From: Candidatus Kuenenia stuttgartensis
GTDB taxonomy: Bacteria > Planctomycetota > Planctomycetia > Gemmatales > Gemmataceae
DNA: 64,000 bases
Direction of reading: 5' to 3'
NCBI GenBank assembly: GCA_945875585.1
Contig: CAMCLK010000002.1
Coordinates: forward strand, 10,964-74,963
The translations under genes and the position numbers were made by a program. The notes under the pieces were generated by a model. That model was not told the DNA's origin. It was given only the letters and a program-made list of their open reading frames with translations, and searched no databases. Shown here in pieces: positions 28,645 through 37,261 of the stretch (positions within the stretch are counted from its first letter, which is position 1; each line of letters opens with the position of its first letter).

Positions 28645-30180
28645 ATGATCCCCTCCGCCATTATCTTGCGGTCTCAGGACGATGTTGCTGTTGCTGCCAG
28701 GCGACTTGAGCCGGGCGAAGACATCGAGCTTTCGATTGGAATCATTCCGGTACGTGACCGGGTGGGGATGGGGCATAAAATTGCATTGCGCGCGATTCCG
28801 CGGGGGGCGCCTGTTCGGAAGTATGGTCAGGTTATTGGGTTTGCAACACGTGACATTTCCGCAGGCAGTCTGGTTCATGTGGATAATCTGGAAGCAGGGA
28901 CTTTCAGCAGGGATTACGCTTTTTCAAGTGAAGTCGTTCCGGTAGTTCCGGCTCTGCAACGAAGGACATTTGAAGGGTATGATAGGGGCGATGGCAGATT
29001 TGGAACGCGCAACTACGTCGCTCTGGTTTCCACAGTGAATTGCTCCGCAAGCACCAGTCGGTATATCGTTCGGCGCTTGGAGCAACTCGGCGTCTTGAAA
29101 GATTTCCCGGGTGTGGACGGGGTTGTTGCTGTAACCCACAAAGCTGGGTGTGCCATGCAGTATGGTGGCCCCGATCATCTTCAGCTTGACAGAACCCTTG
29201 CTGGATTTGCCCGCCACGCCAATGTTGCCGCTTACATCATTATTGGATTGGGGTGTGAAACCGGCCAAGCTGCGCACTTGATTGAAGGGGAGCGCCTCAT
29301 CAATTTAGGTGGAGGCGATCGTCGCGCGCCTTTGGTTCTCAATATTCAGGAACTGGGTGGAATTGCCCGCACAGTGGAAGCCGGCACTCAGGCCATTATC
29401 AACCTTCTGCCGGAAGCATCCCGTCATCGCCGAACGACAATTGGAGCTGACAAACTCATTCTTGCCACCAATTGTGGTGGATCCGATGGCAATAGTGGTG
29501 TCACGGCAAACCCTGCACTTGGTATTGCCAGTGATTTGCTGGTGGCCCAAGGAGGCACCACGGTTTTGGCTGAAACAACGGAAATATACGGTGCCGAACA
29601 CCTGCTCACTCGGCGAGCCATTACTCCAGCAGTGGGTGAGAAACTAATTGAGCGCATTCGCTGGTGGGAGCGGTACACTGGCATGTTTGGAGCCGAAATT
29701 AACAATAATCCATCCCCCGGCAACAAGGACGGTGGACTGACGACGATTTATGAAAAATCGTTAGGAGCCATAGCCAAGGCGGGCAGCACCCCGATGGTGG
29801 ATGTGGTGCATTATGCTGAGCCAATTCGCGCTAAAGGTTTCGTTGTTATGGATACACCGGGATATGATCCTGTCAGTATGACAGGCCTTGTTGCTGGTGG
29901 AGCCAATGTTTGCGTGTTTACTACCGGCCGCGGGTCTGTATTTGGTTGCAAGCCAGCCCCATCCATCAAGGTGGCCACCAACACGCCCATGTACCAACGC
30001 ATGGAAGCAGATATGGATGTCAATGCAGGTGTGGTACTTGATGGGGTGCCGGTTGAAGAAGTTGGCCATTTGATTTTTGAAGAAATCCTCGCGGTGGCTA
30101 GTGGTAAAAAGACCAAAAGTGAATTGGAAGGGGTTGGCGAGGAGGAATTCGCGCCTTGGAGCATAGGGCCAACTCTGTGA
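28645..30180 (+). CDS. UxaA-family altronate/galactarate dehydratase
   Basis: 511 aa. An N-terminal SAF-like domain (MIPSAIILRSQDDVAVAARRL..G) and a C-terminal GD_AH_C-like region with conserved Cys/His. The length matches UxaA/GarD. Confidence 0.7.
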   Translation: MIPSAIILRSQDDVAVAARRLEPGEDIELSIGIIPVRDRVGMGHKIALRAIPRGAPVRKYGQVIGFATRDISAGSLVHVDNLEAGTFSRDYAFSSEVVPVVPALQRRTFEGYDRGDGRFGTRNYVALVSTVNCSASTSRYIVRRLEQLGVLKDFPGVDGVVAVTHKAGCAMQYGGPDHLQLDRTLAGFARHANVAAYIIIGLGCETGQAAHLIEGERLINLGGGDRRAPLVLNIQELGGIARTVEAGTQAIINLLPEASRHRRTTIGADKLILATNCGGSDGNSGVTANPALGIASDLLVAQGGTTVLAETTEIYGAEHLLTRRAITPAVGEKLIERIRWWERYTGMFGAEINNNPSPGNKDGGLTTIYEKSLGAIAKAGSTPMVDVVHYAEPIRAKGFVVMDTPGYDPVSMTGLVAGGANVCVFTTGRGSVFGCKPAPSIKVATNTPMYQRMEADMDVNAGVVLDGVPVEEVGHLIFEEILAVASGKKTKSELEGVGEEEFAPWSIGPTL

Positions 30181-30235
30181 TTGTCCCGCTGGATAACGCT
30201 TCATTTGGTTTGCTTGTAGAATGGCAGGGTGAGTA

Positions 30236-31042
30236 ATGGGAGAATCCGATAGTAAAATTCCTCCATTGTCGACGGTTGCTCGTGGTGCTCTGCCTGGTTA
30301 TCGCTGGGGCAAGGTTCTAACTCCTAACGATGTCGAAGCGCGTCAGTTCTTGCAAGGGCCCCAACGCCGCCTAACAGAACTGTGGCAGGCTTTCCGTGTC
30401 TTTTTCGAATACATGCACGGATTTCGCAGGCTGCACTTTGTGGGACCGTGCGTGACGGTTTTTGGATCAGCACGCTTTCCTGAATCGAGCCCGCACTATC
30501 AGCAGGCCAGGGAAGTTGGAGCGGCTATTGCACGTGCTGGCTTTACGGTAATGACGGGGGGTGGGCCTGGAGTGATGGAAGCTGCCAATCGTGGCGCCAA
30601 AGAAGCTGGGGGCAGGTCAATTGGCTGCAACATCCTGCTTCCTAAAGAGCAGGCTCCTAATCCCTACGTCGATGAATTTATTGATTTCGAATATTTTTCT
30701 GTCCGTAAAACCATGCTGATCAAATATTCTTATGCTTTTTTTGTTCTGCCGGGAGGATTGGGTACCCTCGATGAACTATTTGAAATCACAACACTTGTTC
30801 AAACAGGCAAAGTGCGCGATTTTCCAGTGGTGCTTATGGGAGTCGCGTTTTGGCAGCCACTGATTGATTTCATGCGAACAACACTATTGACAGAACATAC
30901 GATCGACCGATTGGACCTTGACCGATTAATCATCACAGACGACATCGACTTTGCGGTCAGTGAAGTCACCCGCATCGGCATGCACCGCTTTGGTTTGACG
31001 TACGGTGCAAAGATGAAACGTAGCTGGTGGCTCTGGGAATAA
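30236..31042 (+). CDS. LOG-family (TIGR00730) Rossmann-fold nucleotide phosphoribohydrolase
   Basis: 268 aa. GGGPGVMEAANRGA and PGGLGTLDELFE motifs of the LOG/lysine-decarboxylase-like family. Confidence 0.75.
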   Translation: MGESDSKIPPLSTVARGALPGYRWGKVLTPNDVEARQFLQGPQRRLTELWQAFRVFFEYMHGFRRLHFVGPCVTVFGSARFPESSPHYQQAREVGAAIARAGFTVMTGGGPGVMEAANRGAKEAGGRSIGCNILLPKEQAPNPYVDEFIDFEYFSVRKTMLIKYSYAFFVLPGGLGTLDELFEITTLVQTGKVRDFPVVLMGVAFWQPLIDFMRTTLLTEHTIDRLDLDRLIITDDIDFAVSEVTRIGMHRFGLTYGAKMKRSWWLWE

Positions 31043-31048
31043 CCCCTG

Positions 31049-32953
31049 TCATTCTCGTTTAGGCTCATCGGTGGCCATGGCTCCGGCTTTTTCCTGAACC
31101 AGTAGCGATAGCAGTGTGTCAAGCAGTCCGCCCGCGTGATTGCTTCCGCCAGTAATAAGGCTGGCTGGAACTATGGGTTGTTTGCTGTTGGTGATGAATT
31201 CCGCCAACACCGATAAAGCGTAAAGCCTTGAATCGCCAAACGACTCGACTTTCTTTTCCAGAACGCTGGCCTCGGAGCTTCCGACCTTCATGATCCTGCC
31301 GGCATCGGCTTCCGCCAACATTGTAATTCTTGCAGCATCGGCTTCTGCCATGACTTTGACTTTGCCTGCTTCCTTCGTGGCGCGTGCCAAATCTGCTTCG
31401 CCTTCGTTTCCCGCAATGTCCACACGAACACGGGAGGCTGTCAGGTCCGTTTGCATTCTGGCGCGTGCCAGCGATTCGTTGAGATTTTTTTCCTTGTCAG
31501 CAGCCATTTCCTGCTTGGCATAGGTTTCGATCTGTTCTAGAGAAAGCTGCCGCAATCGCAATTGCTCAAGTAAGGTTTCAATTTTCGTATCATCGCCATT
31601 CGATCCAGGCCGGCCGATCAGCACGTCAACACATTCAATGTCGAACTGAAGAAATTTAGTTCGCAGCTCTTCGCGAGCCTGATTCTGAATGGTGTCACGG
31701 TCATGAACAAGTTCAAGCATCGTCTTTTTGTGGGCAATATCACGAAAATAGGCAGATAGAAGCGGGTCAAGTGTTTGGGTGATGAGTTGCTTGACATCTC
31801 CAAATCTTTGGATAACGTTAGGTGCCTTTTGATAATCGATATGAACCACCACTGACAGTGGCAGCAAAGGTTCGTATGCATCTTTGGTGATCAGATCGAT
31901 CGACATCAGTGATTCATCAAAATTGTGAGATTCAGAACGGCCAGTAACCCAGTGAAGTACAAAGTTTGTGGTGGGAACAAGCACAATATTGCCGGCATAC
32001 TTGTTGAATGAGTATTTGCCCGGCCCAAGTGTTACTTCCCAAACGCCTCGTTCACCTTCGTGTACTCGTTCTCCATGGCGGAACGATGCGCCCGACGTAT
32101 CGGCCCCCGCCTTGCCATGGTAGCTGACGACAACCCCTACATAGCCAATAGGTATCACCACCTTGGGTATCCGCTCAATGGTGGCAAACCAGATGTTGAT
32201 GAAATAAGTTCCGTCGAGCAGTGGGGCGTATTGAAGGCCGCGTTGACCACCCGCGTTCAAAAATGCCTCGATATCCTGATAGTTGTTGTGGTAATTTTCA
32301 TCGGAGGCATCCATGGCAACGGCACGCGCAATGATTTCTCCCTGCTTAAGCGAAGGGCCATCGTGGGTTGTGACAATACCGATATTGTCCTCACCGGACG
32401 AGCTTCCAATAATGATTGGGTTGAATCCACCCATTTTTTTCAAGCTAAGGTGATACTCTTTTAGAACGTTGTCAACAGTCAGCGCGTAAATATTGTCTTC
32501 AGTGATCACATTGAATGCAGCGGGATTGATAGCATAGACTCCTTCACGAAGGATTCCGCGCTGACGACCCTTTTGGCCACCACTGGTGAGAAACGCGCGC
32601 ACATCTTGATAATTGTCACAGTTGACAACCCGAGCCAGTGTTTGGCTAGGTGGAAGTGTTTCACCTATTCTTGCGAATACGTAACCGATTTTACCCTGAC
32701 GGATTGTAATCAGTTGACTGGAATGGAATGTGTACTGCCATCGCCAATAACCAAAATGAATTCCGCCACGAACAAGGTCGGCTTGATACCCCGCTTCATT
32801 ATTCAAGGCGATGATATTCCCGCCAGTCAATGAGCCCTGTGTTGCCCACAGCTTTTCGACAACTGCGGCCTTGTCATTGGGAACAAAGCGAATCACCAGA
32901 AAAATTGCAAAGATAATCAGTGCAAGTGATATCCACAGCAAGTAGGTAGGCAC
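31049..32953 (-). CDS. flotillin-family SPFH/Band-7 protein
   Basis: 634 aa. N-terminal TM helix. A duplicated flotillin N-terminal module (NYQDVRAFLTSGGQKG / NYQDIEAFLNAGGQRG). A long Ala/Glu-rich coiled coil and a flotillin C-terminal region. Confidence 0.8.
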   Translation of the reverse strand: MPTYLLWISLALIIFAIFLVIRFVPNDKAAVVEKLWATQGSLTGGNIIALNNEAGYQADLVRGGIHFGYWRWQYTFHSSQLITIRQGKIGYVFARIGETLPPSQTLARVVNCDNYQDVRAFLTSGGQKGRQRGILREGVYAINPAAFNVITEDNIYALTVDNVLKEYHLSLKKMGGFNPIIIGSSSGEDNIGIVTTHDGPSLKQGEIIARAVAMDASDENYHNNYQDIEAFLNAGGQRGLQYAPLLDGTYFINIWFATIERIPKVVIPIGYVGVVVSYHGKAGADTSGASFRHGERVHEGERGVWEVTLGPGKYSFNKYAGNIVLVPTTNFVLHWVTGRSESHNFDESLMSIDLITKDAYEPLLPLSVVVHIDYQKAPNVIQRFGDVKQLITQTLDPLLSAYFRDIAHKKTMLELVHDRDTIQNQAREELRTKFLQFDIECVDVLIGRPGSNGDDTKIETLLEQLRLRQLSLEQIETYAKQEMAADKEKNLNESLARARMQTDLTASRVRVDIAGNEGEADLARATKEAGKVKVMAEADAARITMLAEADAGRIMKVGSSEASVLEKKVESFGDSRLYALSVLAEFITNSKQPIVPASLITGGSNHAGGLLDTLLSLLVQEKAGAMATDEPKRE

Positions 32954-33148
32954 GATGAGTCTCCATCAATCCGATGAGAATAATAAGAATTTATTGTGTT
33001 CATTAGAATGGATTTCGGCAAGCCGCGCAATCCTTTTTACCCAAACATTCTATTTTCTGACGAAACGGTATCGATCCAGAATTTGGCGCAAGATTATTGG
33101 GCCAACAGCGAATAAGATGTGTGAATGTTTATCCGGAGGTAGCATGCC

Positions 33149-34192
33149 ATGTCTCAATTGAAGAATCCCGTAGAACCATTCGGTGAAGTAAATACATTCG
33201 CGCGTGGAGGTTGCACTCACGTAACCGCGACTATTCTGATGCGCCCCTTCTGTGAAGGAACTCGTACTGGAATTGCTTTGGACGGTTCCATGTCCATGGC
33301 GGAATCGTTTGGAATCGATAAAGGAAGTAAGCCGCTTTCCAAAATATTTGCGCCGCGTGTTCTGGAAAATTTGGTCCGTCCAGTAGCCAGAAAGATAGCT
33401 GCCCACCTTGTGACAACCCTTGATCCAAGTGGAACGGTCTCTGCTGTGTACTGGTCCACAGGCAAGGACGGAACCGCAGTGCAATCCATCGGTGAACTAA
33501 CTGCAGCTCAAGCCGAGGCTTACCCGTTTGATCCGCCAACGGATTTAGGTAACGGCACGCACCTCTTGCCAGCCATGCGTTATTTTCTGGAGAAGTACTC
33601 AGCAGCACCATGGGGCTTCTTTGTTGTCATTACAGATGGTGAAATCCACGACTTGAGCGAAGTGAAAGAGGCCACCGTGCTTTTAGCTCGGGATATTGCT
33701 GCAGGTAGACGCAACCCTGTGAAGATGGTGTTGATCGGATTGGGACAACAAGTCAATGAAAGGCAGCTGACTGAACTTGATGATCTGGAAACTGGAACAG
33801 GTATTGATATTTGGGATCACAAGCTGGCTGCCAACATGCGGTCGCTCGATGATATTTTTGCTGAAGCTGTGCGAGAAAATATGCGTGTCGCATCGGATGG
33901 ACGAGTTCTCGATCCCGACGGTCGGGTGGTTGCCAATTACGAAGGCGTTGGCTTACCAGCGTTCCTAGAATTCGATCTCAAGGATGGGGCACGATATTTT
34001 GTTCTGGAATTTTCAGGCAACCGAATTGTGCAGCCACTGATCGACGGAGCAGGACCATTACCAGATTCGGTCATCACTCCGGAAGTGCAGGAGCAAGTCG
34101 ATGACGTTGATGCCGATTGGCGTAAGATCCATCTGGTTATGCGCAAGGATGGGGAATCGGCAGATGTTGACCTCGATGATTCAGCCCAATAA
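33149..34192 (+). CDS. cytoplasmic von Willebrand factor A (vWA) domain protein, paralog 1
   Basis: 347 aa, no signal peptide. MIDAS motif ALDGSMSM, plus a Thr (WSTGKDGT) and an Asp (VITDGEIHD) at vWA spacing. It is divergent from the flotillin gene. Confidence 0.7.
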   Translation: MSQLKNPVEPFGEVNTFARGGCTHVTATILMRPFCEGTRTGIALDGSMSMAESFGIDKGSKPLSKIFAPRVLENLVRPVARKIAAHLVTTLDPSGTVSAVYWSTGKDGTAVQSIGELTAAQAEAYPFDPPTDLGNGTHLLPAMRYFLEKYSAAPWGFFVVITDGEIHDLSEVKEATVLLARDIAAGRRNPVKMVLIGLGQQVNERQLTELDDLETGTGIDIWDHKLAANMRSLDDIFAEAVRENMRVASDGRVLDPDGRVVANYEGVGLPAFLEFDLKDGARYFVLEFSGNRIVQPLIDGAGPLPDSVITPEVQEQVDDVDADWRKIHLVMRKDGESADVDLDDSAQ

Positions 34193-34207
34193 TCCGGAGG
34201 ATTTGTC

Positions 34208-35134
34208 ATGACTCAGATAAAAAATACAGTCGAGCCCTTTGGTGAAGTCAATGTCCGTGCCAATGGCGGGAGAGTGGATGTTACGGCAACAATTCTCATG
34301 CAGCCAACCAAGGAAGGAACGCAGACAGGGATAGCACTGGATGGCTCCGGTTCAATGAGCGACTGTTATGCCATGCCGAAAGCCCCGACAACCGGCTTTT
34401 TTGGTAGTTTATTTGGCAGCAAACCAGCCAAACCTGTAATTCCTTCCATTGAAACCAATCAAATTACGCCAACAGCTCGGTCGATTTGCGCCTTGCTGGC
34501 GCGTGAACTCGATGCCGACGGCGGAACTACTTGCATTTATTGGGCAACCGGGCCGCACGGATCCCGGATCGAAGTGGTTGGAGACCTAACGGCAGACCAG
34601 GCTGAGAAACATGTCTTTTCTGCACCAAGAGATTACGGCACCGGCACACAGTTGCTGCCAGCGGTCGAATATTTCGTCAATCGGTTCAGTGATGCTCCGT
34701 GGGGCTTCTATGTGTTTCTCACCGATGGTGAACTACACGATCTCGATGCCGTTAAGGACTTTTCCAAACGTTTGGCGCGTGAAATTGCATCTGGTAAGAG
34801 GAAACCATTGAAATTTGTGCTGATTGGCGTGGGTGACGGCGTGAAAGAAGGCCAAATGGAAGAGCTTGATGATCTCGAAACAGGAACTTCTGTCGATCTG
34901 TGGGATCACAAGATTGCCCGGGAAATGCGTCAAACGCACGATATTTTTGCAGAAGTAGTTGAGGAAAATGCGCGCGTTGCGGATTCCGGAAAGATATATG
35001 ACGATACAGGACGAGTGGTCAAAGATTATTCCGACACAGGCTTGCCGGCACGTTTGTCGTTTACCTTGCCAGTGGGATCTAAATCATTCACTCTTGAAGT
35101 GAATGGGCAGCGAATTACCCAAACGCTCGTTTGA
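34208..35134 (+). CDS. cytoplasmic vWA domain protein, paralog 2
   Basis: 308 aa. The N-terminus is nearly identical to paralog 1 (MTQIKNTVEPFGEVN...VTATILM). MIDAS ALDGSGSMSD ... FLTDGELHD. It starts 16 nt after paralog 1. Confidence 0.7.
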   Translation: MTQIKNTVEPFGEVNVRANGGRVDVTATILMQPTKEGTQTGIALDGSGSMSDCYAMPKAPTTGFFGSLFGSKPAKPVIPSIETNQITPTARSICALLARELDADGGTTCIYWATGPHGSRIEVVGDLTADQAEKHVFSAPRDYGTGTQLLPAVEYFVNRFSDAPWGFYVFLTDGELHDLDAVKDFSKRLAREIASGKRKPLKFVLIGVGDGVKEGQMEELDDLETGTSVDLWDHKIAREMRQTHDIFAEVVEENARVADSGKIYDDTGRVVKDYSDTGLPARLSFTLPVGSKSFTLEVNGQRITQTLV

Positions 35135-35137
35135 TTG

Positions 35138-35848
35138 TTAGGCTTCTAAAGGTTTGACGCGTCCAGCACGCCACTTGAACGCCCCAAAACATAAAGCGCC
35201 AAAAGCTGAAGCTGCCAGAGCCATCATCCAGCCGGGTGGTTCTGGTACGGCGGCAACCCCCTGAAAAGAAAATGCTGGATAGTTCAGATTGGCTGCTTCG
35301 CTCGTCCAACCTGTGCCATTGGTAAATGATGAGCTGCTGGGGGAATCTGATAAAAGGAATGTGTTGAGACTACCCGATGTGGTCGATGGTTTTGCCAAGT
35401 CAAAATCACCCGTTGTTGTGCCAAACAATGCGTAATAGTTGGTGTTGGCATTGAGGTCGAATGCATTCGCGCCAAGTGATGCTGTAACTGTGGAACCCAA
35501 AGAAAAAGAGTCCACCAAAAATGAACCTACAGGGGTTTGTGATGCGGATGTTGATGGATTCGATGCAAATACTTTGACTGAAAGTGGTCCTGATGAATTA
35601 CTGCCATTGGTGGTTTTGAATGTGAATTCGTTGACAGTCCAGCCATTACCACCATTCGTGGTAAACATGACCCCGTAGCTGCTACTGCTGTTGATATTTT
35701 TTCCGGTGTTTTTAAACGAATCAACAGGAACTGTACCCTGAGTACTAAAAACAACATCCGCGTGAATTGTTCCAAATGAAAACAGCAACGATGCGAGTAT
35801 CAGCAATTTACTCAGAGAGTTCATTATATTCTCCCAAACATGATGCAT
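35138..35848 (-). CDS. PEP-CTERM sorting-domain secreted protein
   Basis: 236 aa. Signal peptide, a Ser/Thr/Asn-rich beta-rich body, and a C-terminal VPEPPGWMMALAASAFGALCFGAFKWRAGR (PEP motif, TM helix, basic tail), which is the exosortase signal. Confidence 0.75.
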   Translation of the reverse strand: MHHVWENIMNSLSKLLILASLLFSFGTIHADVVFSTQGTVPVDSFKNTGKNINSSSSYGVMFTTNGGNGWTVNEFTFKTTNGSNSSGPLSVKVFASNPSTSASQTPVGSFLVDSFSLGSTVTASLGANAFDLNANTNYYALFGTTTGDFDLAKPSTTSGSLNTFLLSDSPSSSSFTNGTGWTSEAANLNYPAFSFQGVAAVPEPPGWMMALAASAFGALCFGAFKWRAGRVKPLEA

Positions 35849-36004
35849 TTACTATTTGGTCACAATTGTAGACTGTCAAGGTGGAATCGTTGAAGATTCG
35901 ACGTTCTCAAGCATTGGGCCATCAAGCCACACGGTAATCTTTTGGCATTCTTGCCAACGATCATCGTGTTTGATAGCATATGATAATCTATTCTGTCGGG
36001 GTTT

Positions 36005-37222
36005 TTGACAATGCGTACCAGTCTTTTCGTACTTTTGATTGCCATTATTACGGTTGGTTGCGGTAAAAAACCTTCATTGCCTTCGTCGAATACCGTTCCT
36101 GGCGTGGCAATCAGTAAAGTGGTGACCCGAACGATTCAGGATTCAGCCGACTTCACCGGGCGTATTGACTCGGTCAACATGGTTGACATTCGCGCCCGTT
36201 CAACCGGTTACATCACCAAAACGCCATTCAAGGAAGGCGATGTTGTCAAAAAGGATGACTTGCTGTTTGAGATCGATAAGCGGCCATATAAAGCCAAATT
36301 GGATGACGCCGTGGGGCAGGTGAAGCTTTATGAAGCCAAACTCAAGCTGGCCAAAGCCGATAATCTGCGAGCCAAAGAAGTTGCCAAGACTCCGGGTGCG
36401 ATAAGCAAGCAAGATCTCGACAAATATGTCGCGGCTGAAGAGGAAGCCATGGCGGCAGTGGAAGCAATCAAGGCGTCCTTGGAAGTGCACCAACTCAATT
36501 TGGAATTCTGTAGGGTCACGGCTCCAATTGATGGCCGGATCAGCAGATACTATTATACTTTTGGAAATCTAGTGAATGCCGATCAGACACTGTTGACGAC
36601 GGTGGTTTCGGAAGATCCTATTTATGCATATTTTGATACCGACGAGCGCACAATATTACGCATTCTTCGCCTGATACAGGCTGGCAAAGTCAAGCCGGTG
36701 GGCGCTTCCGGTGGCATTCAATTGTTGGTAGCCTTGGCGGATGAAACAGATTACACCCATCCGGCAAGTATGAACTTTGTGAATAATCGAATTGATCCGC
36801 TTACCGGGACGATCACTGTTCGTGGCCAACTAGTCAATCCGATTGGGCCTACTGGTGCAAGATTGTTTAAACCGGGTATGTTTTGCAGAGTACGGCTTCC
36901 GATTGGCGCGCCTCGTACTGGTCAACTGATATCAGAACGAGCTGTTGGAACGGATCAGGGACTCAAGTTTGTGTATGTCGTGGACGCTGACAACAAGGCT
37001 CAATACAGGAGAATCGAATTGGGTTCCACGCAGCCAGATGGGTTGCGCGTTGTGGAATCCGGACTTCAACCCGAAGACAAAGTCGTGGTGAGCGGTATTC
37101 AGCTCGTTAGACCGGGGGAGCCCGTGAGCCCTGAATTGATTGAAATGCCTTCAAACATTCCTTTGCTCGATCCATCTACCAAGAAATCCAATGCTGAAAC
37201 ACCAGCAAAGGCTAGTAAGTAG
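36005..37222 (+). CDS. RND efflux periplasmic adaptor lipoprotein (AcrA/MdtA-like)
   Basis: 405 aa. VGCGK lipobox, lipoyl/hairpin/beta-barrel adaptor architecture. It directly precedes two RND pump genes. Confidence 0.8.
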   Translation: MTMRTSLFVLLIAIITVGCGKKPSLPSSNTVPGVAISKVVTRTIQDSADFTGRIDSVNMVDIRARSTGYITKTPFKEGDVVKKDDLLFEIDKRPYKAKLDDAVGQVKLYEAKLKLAKADNLRAKEVAKTPGAISKQDLDKYVAAEEEAMAAVEAIKASLEVHQLNLEFCRVTAPIDGRISRYYYTFGNLVNADQTLLTTVVSEDPIYAYFDTDERTILRILRLIQAGKVKPVGASGGIQLLVALADETDYTHPASMNFVNNRIDPLTGTITVRGQLVNPIGPTGARLFKPGMFCRVRLPIGAPRTGQLISERAVGTDQGLKFVYVVDADNKAQYRRIELGSTQPDGLRVVESGLQPEDKVVVSGIQLVRPGEPVSPELIEMPSNIPLLDPSTKKSNAETPAKASK

Positions 37223-37261
37223 AAAGCCACGCATGGGTATGAAGTTCTGGGGGATGGATTT

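Noticed and set aside
31049-35848. Considered calling the flotillin plus vWA pair a TerY-P-like or other known defence system
   Set aside because: There is no associated kinase, phosphatase, ATPase or nuclease gene. The vWA N-termini do not resemble TerY. The evidence supports only a note about an unusual gene arrangement.
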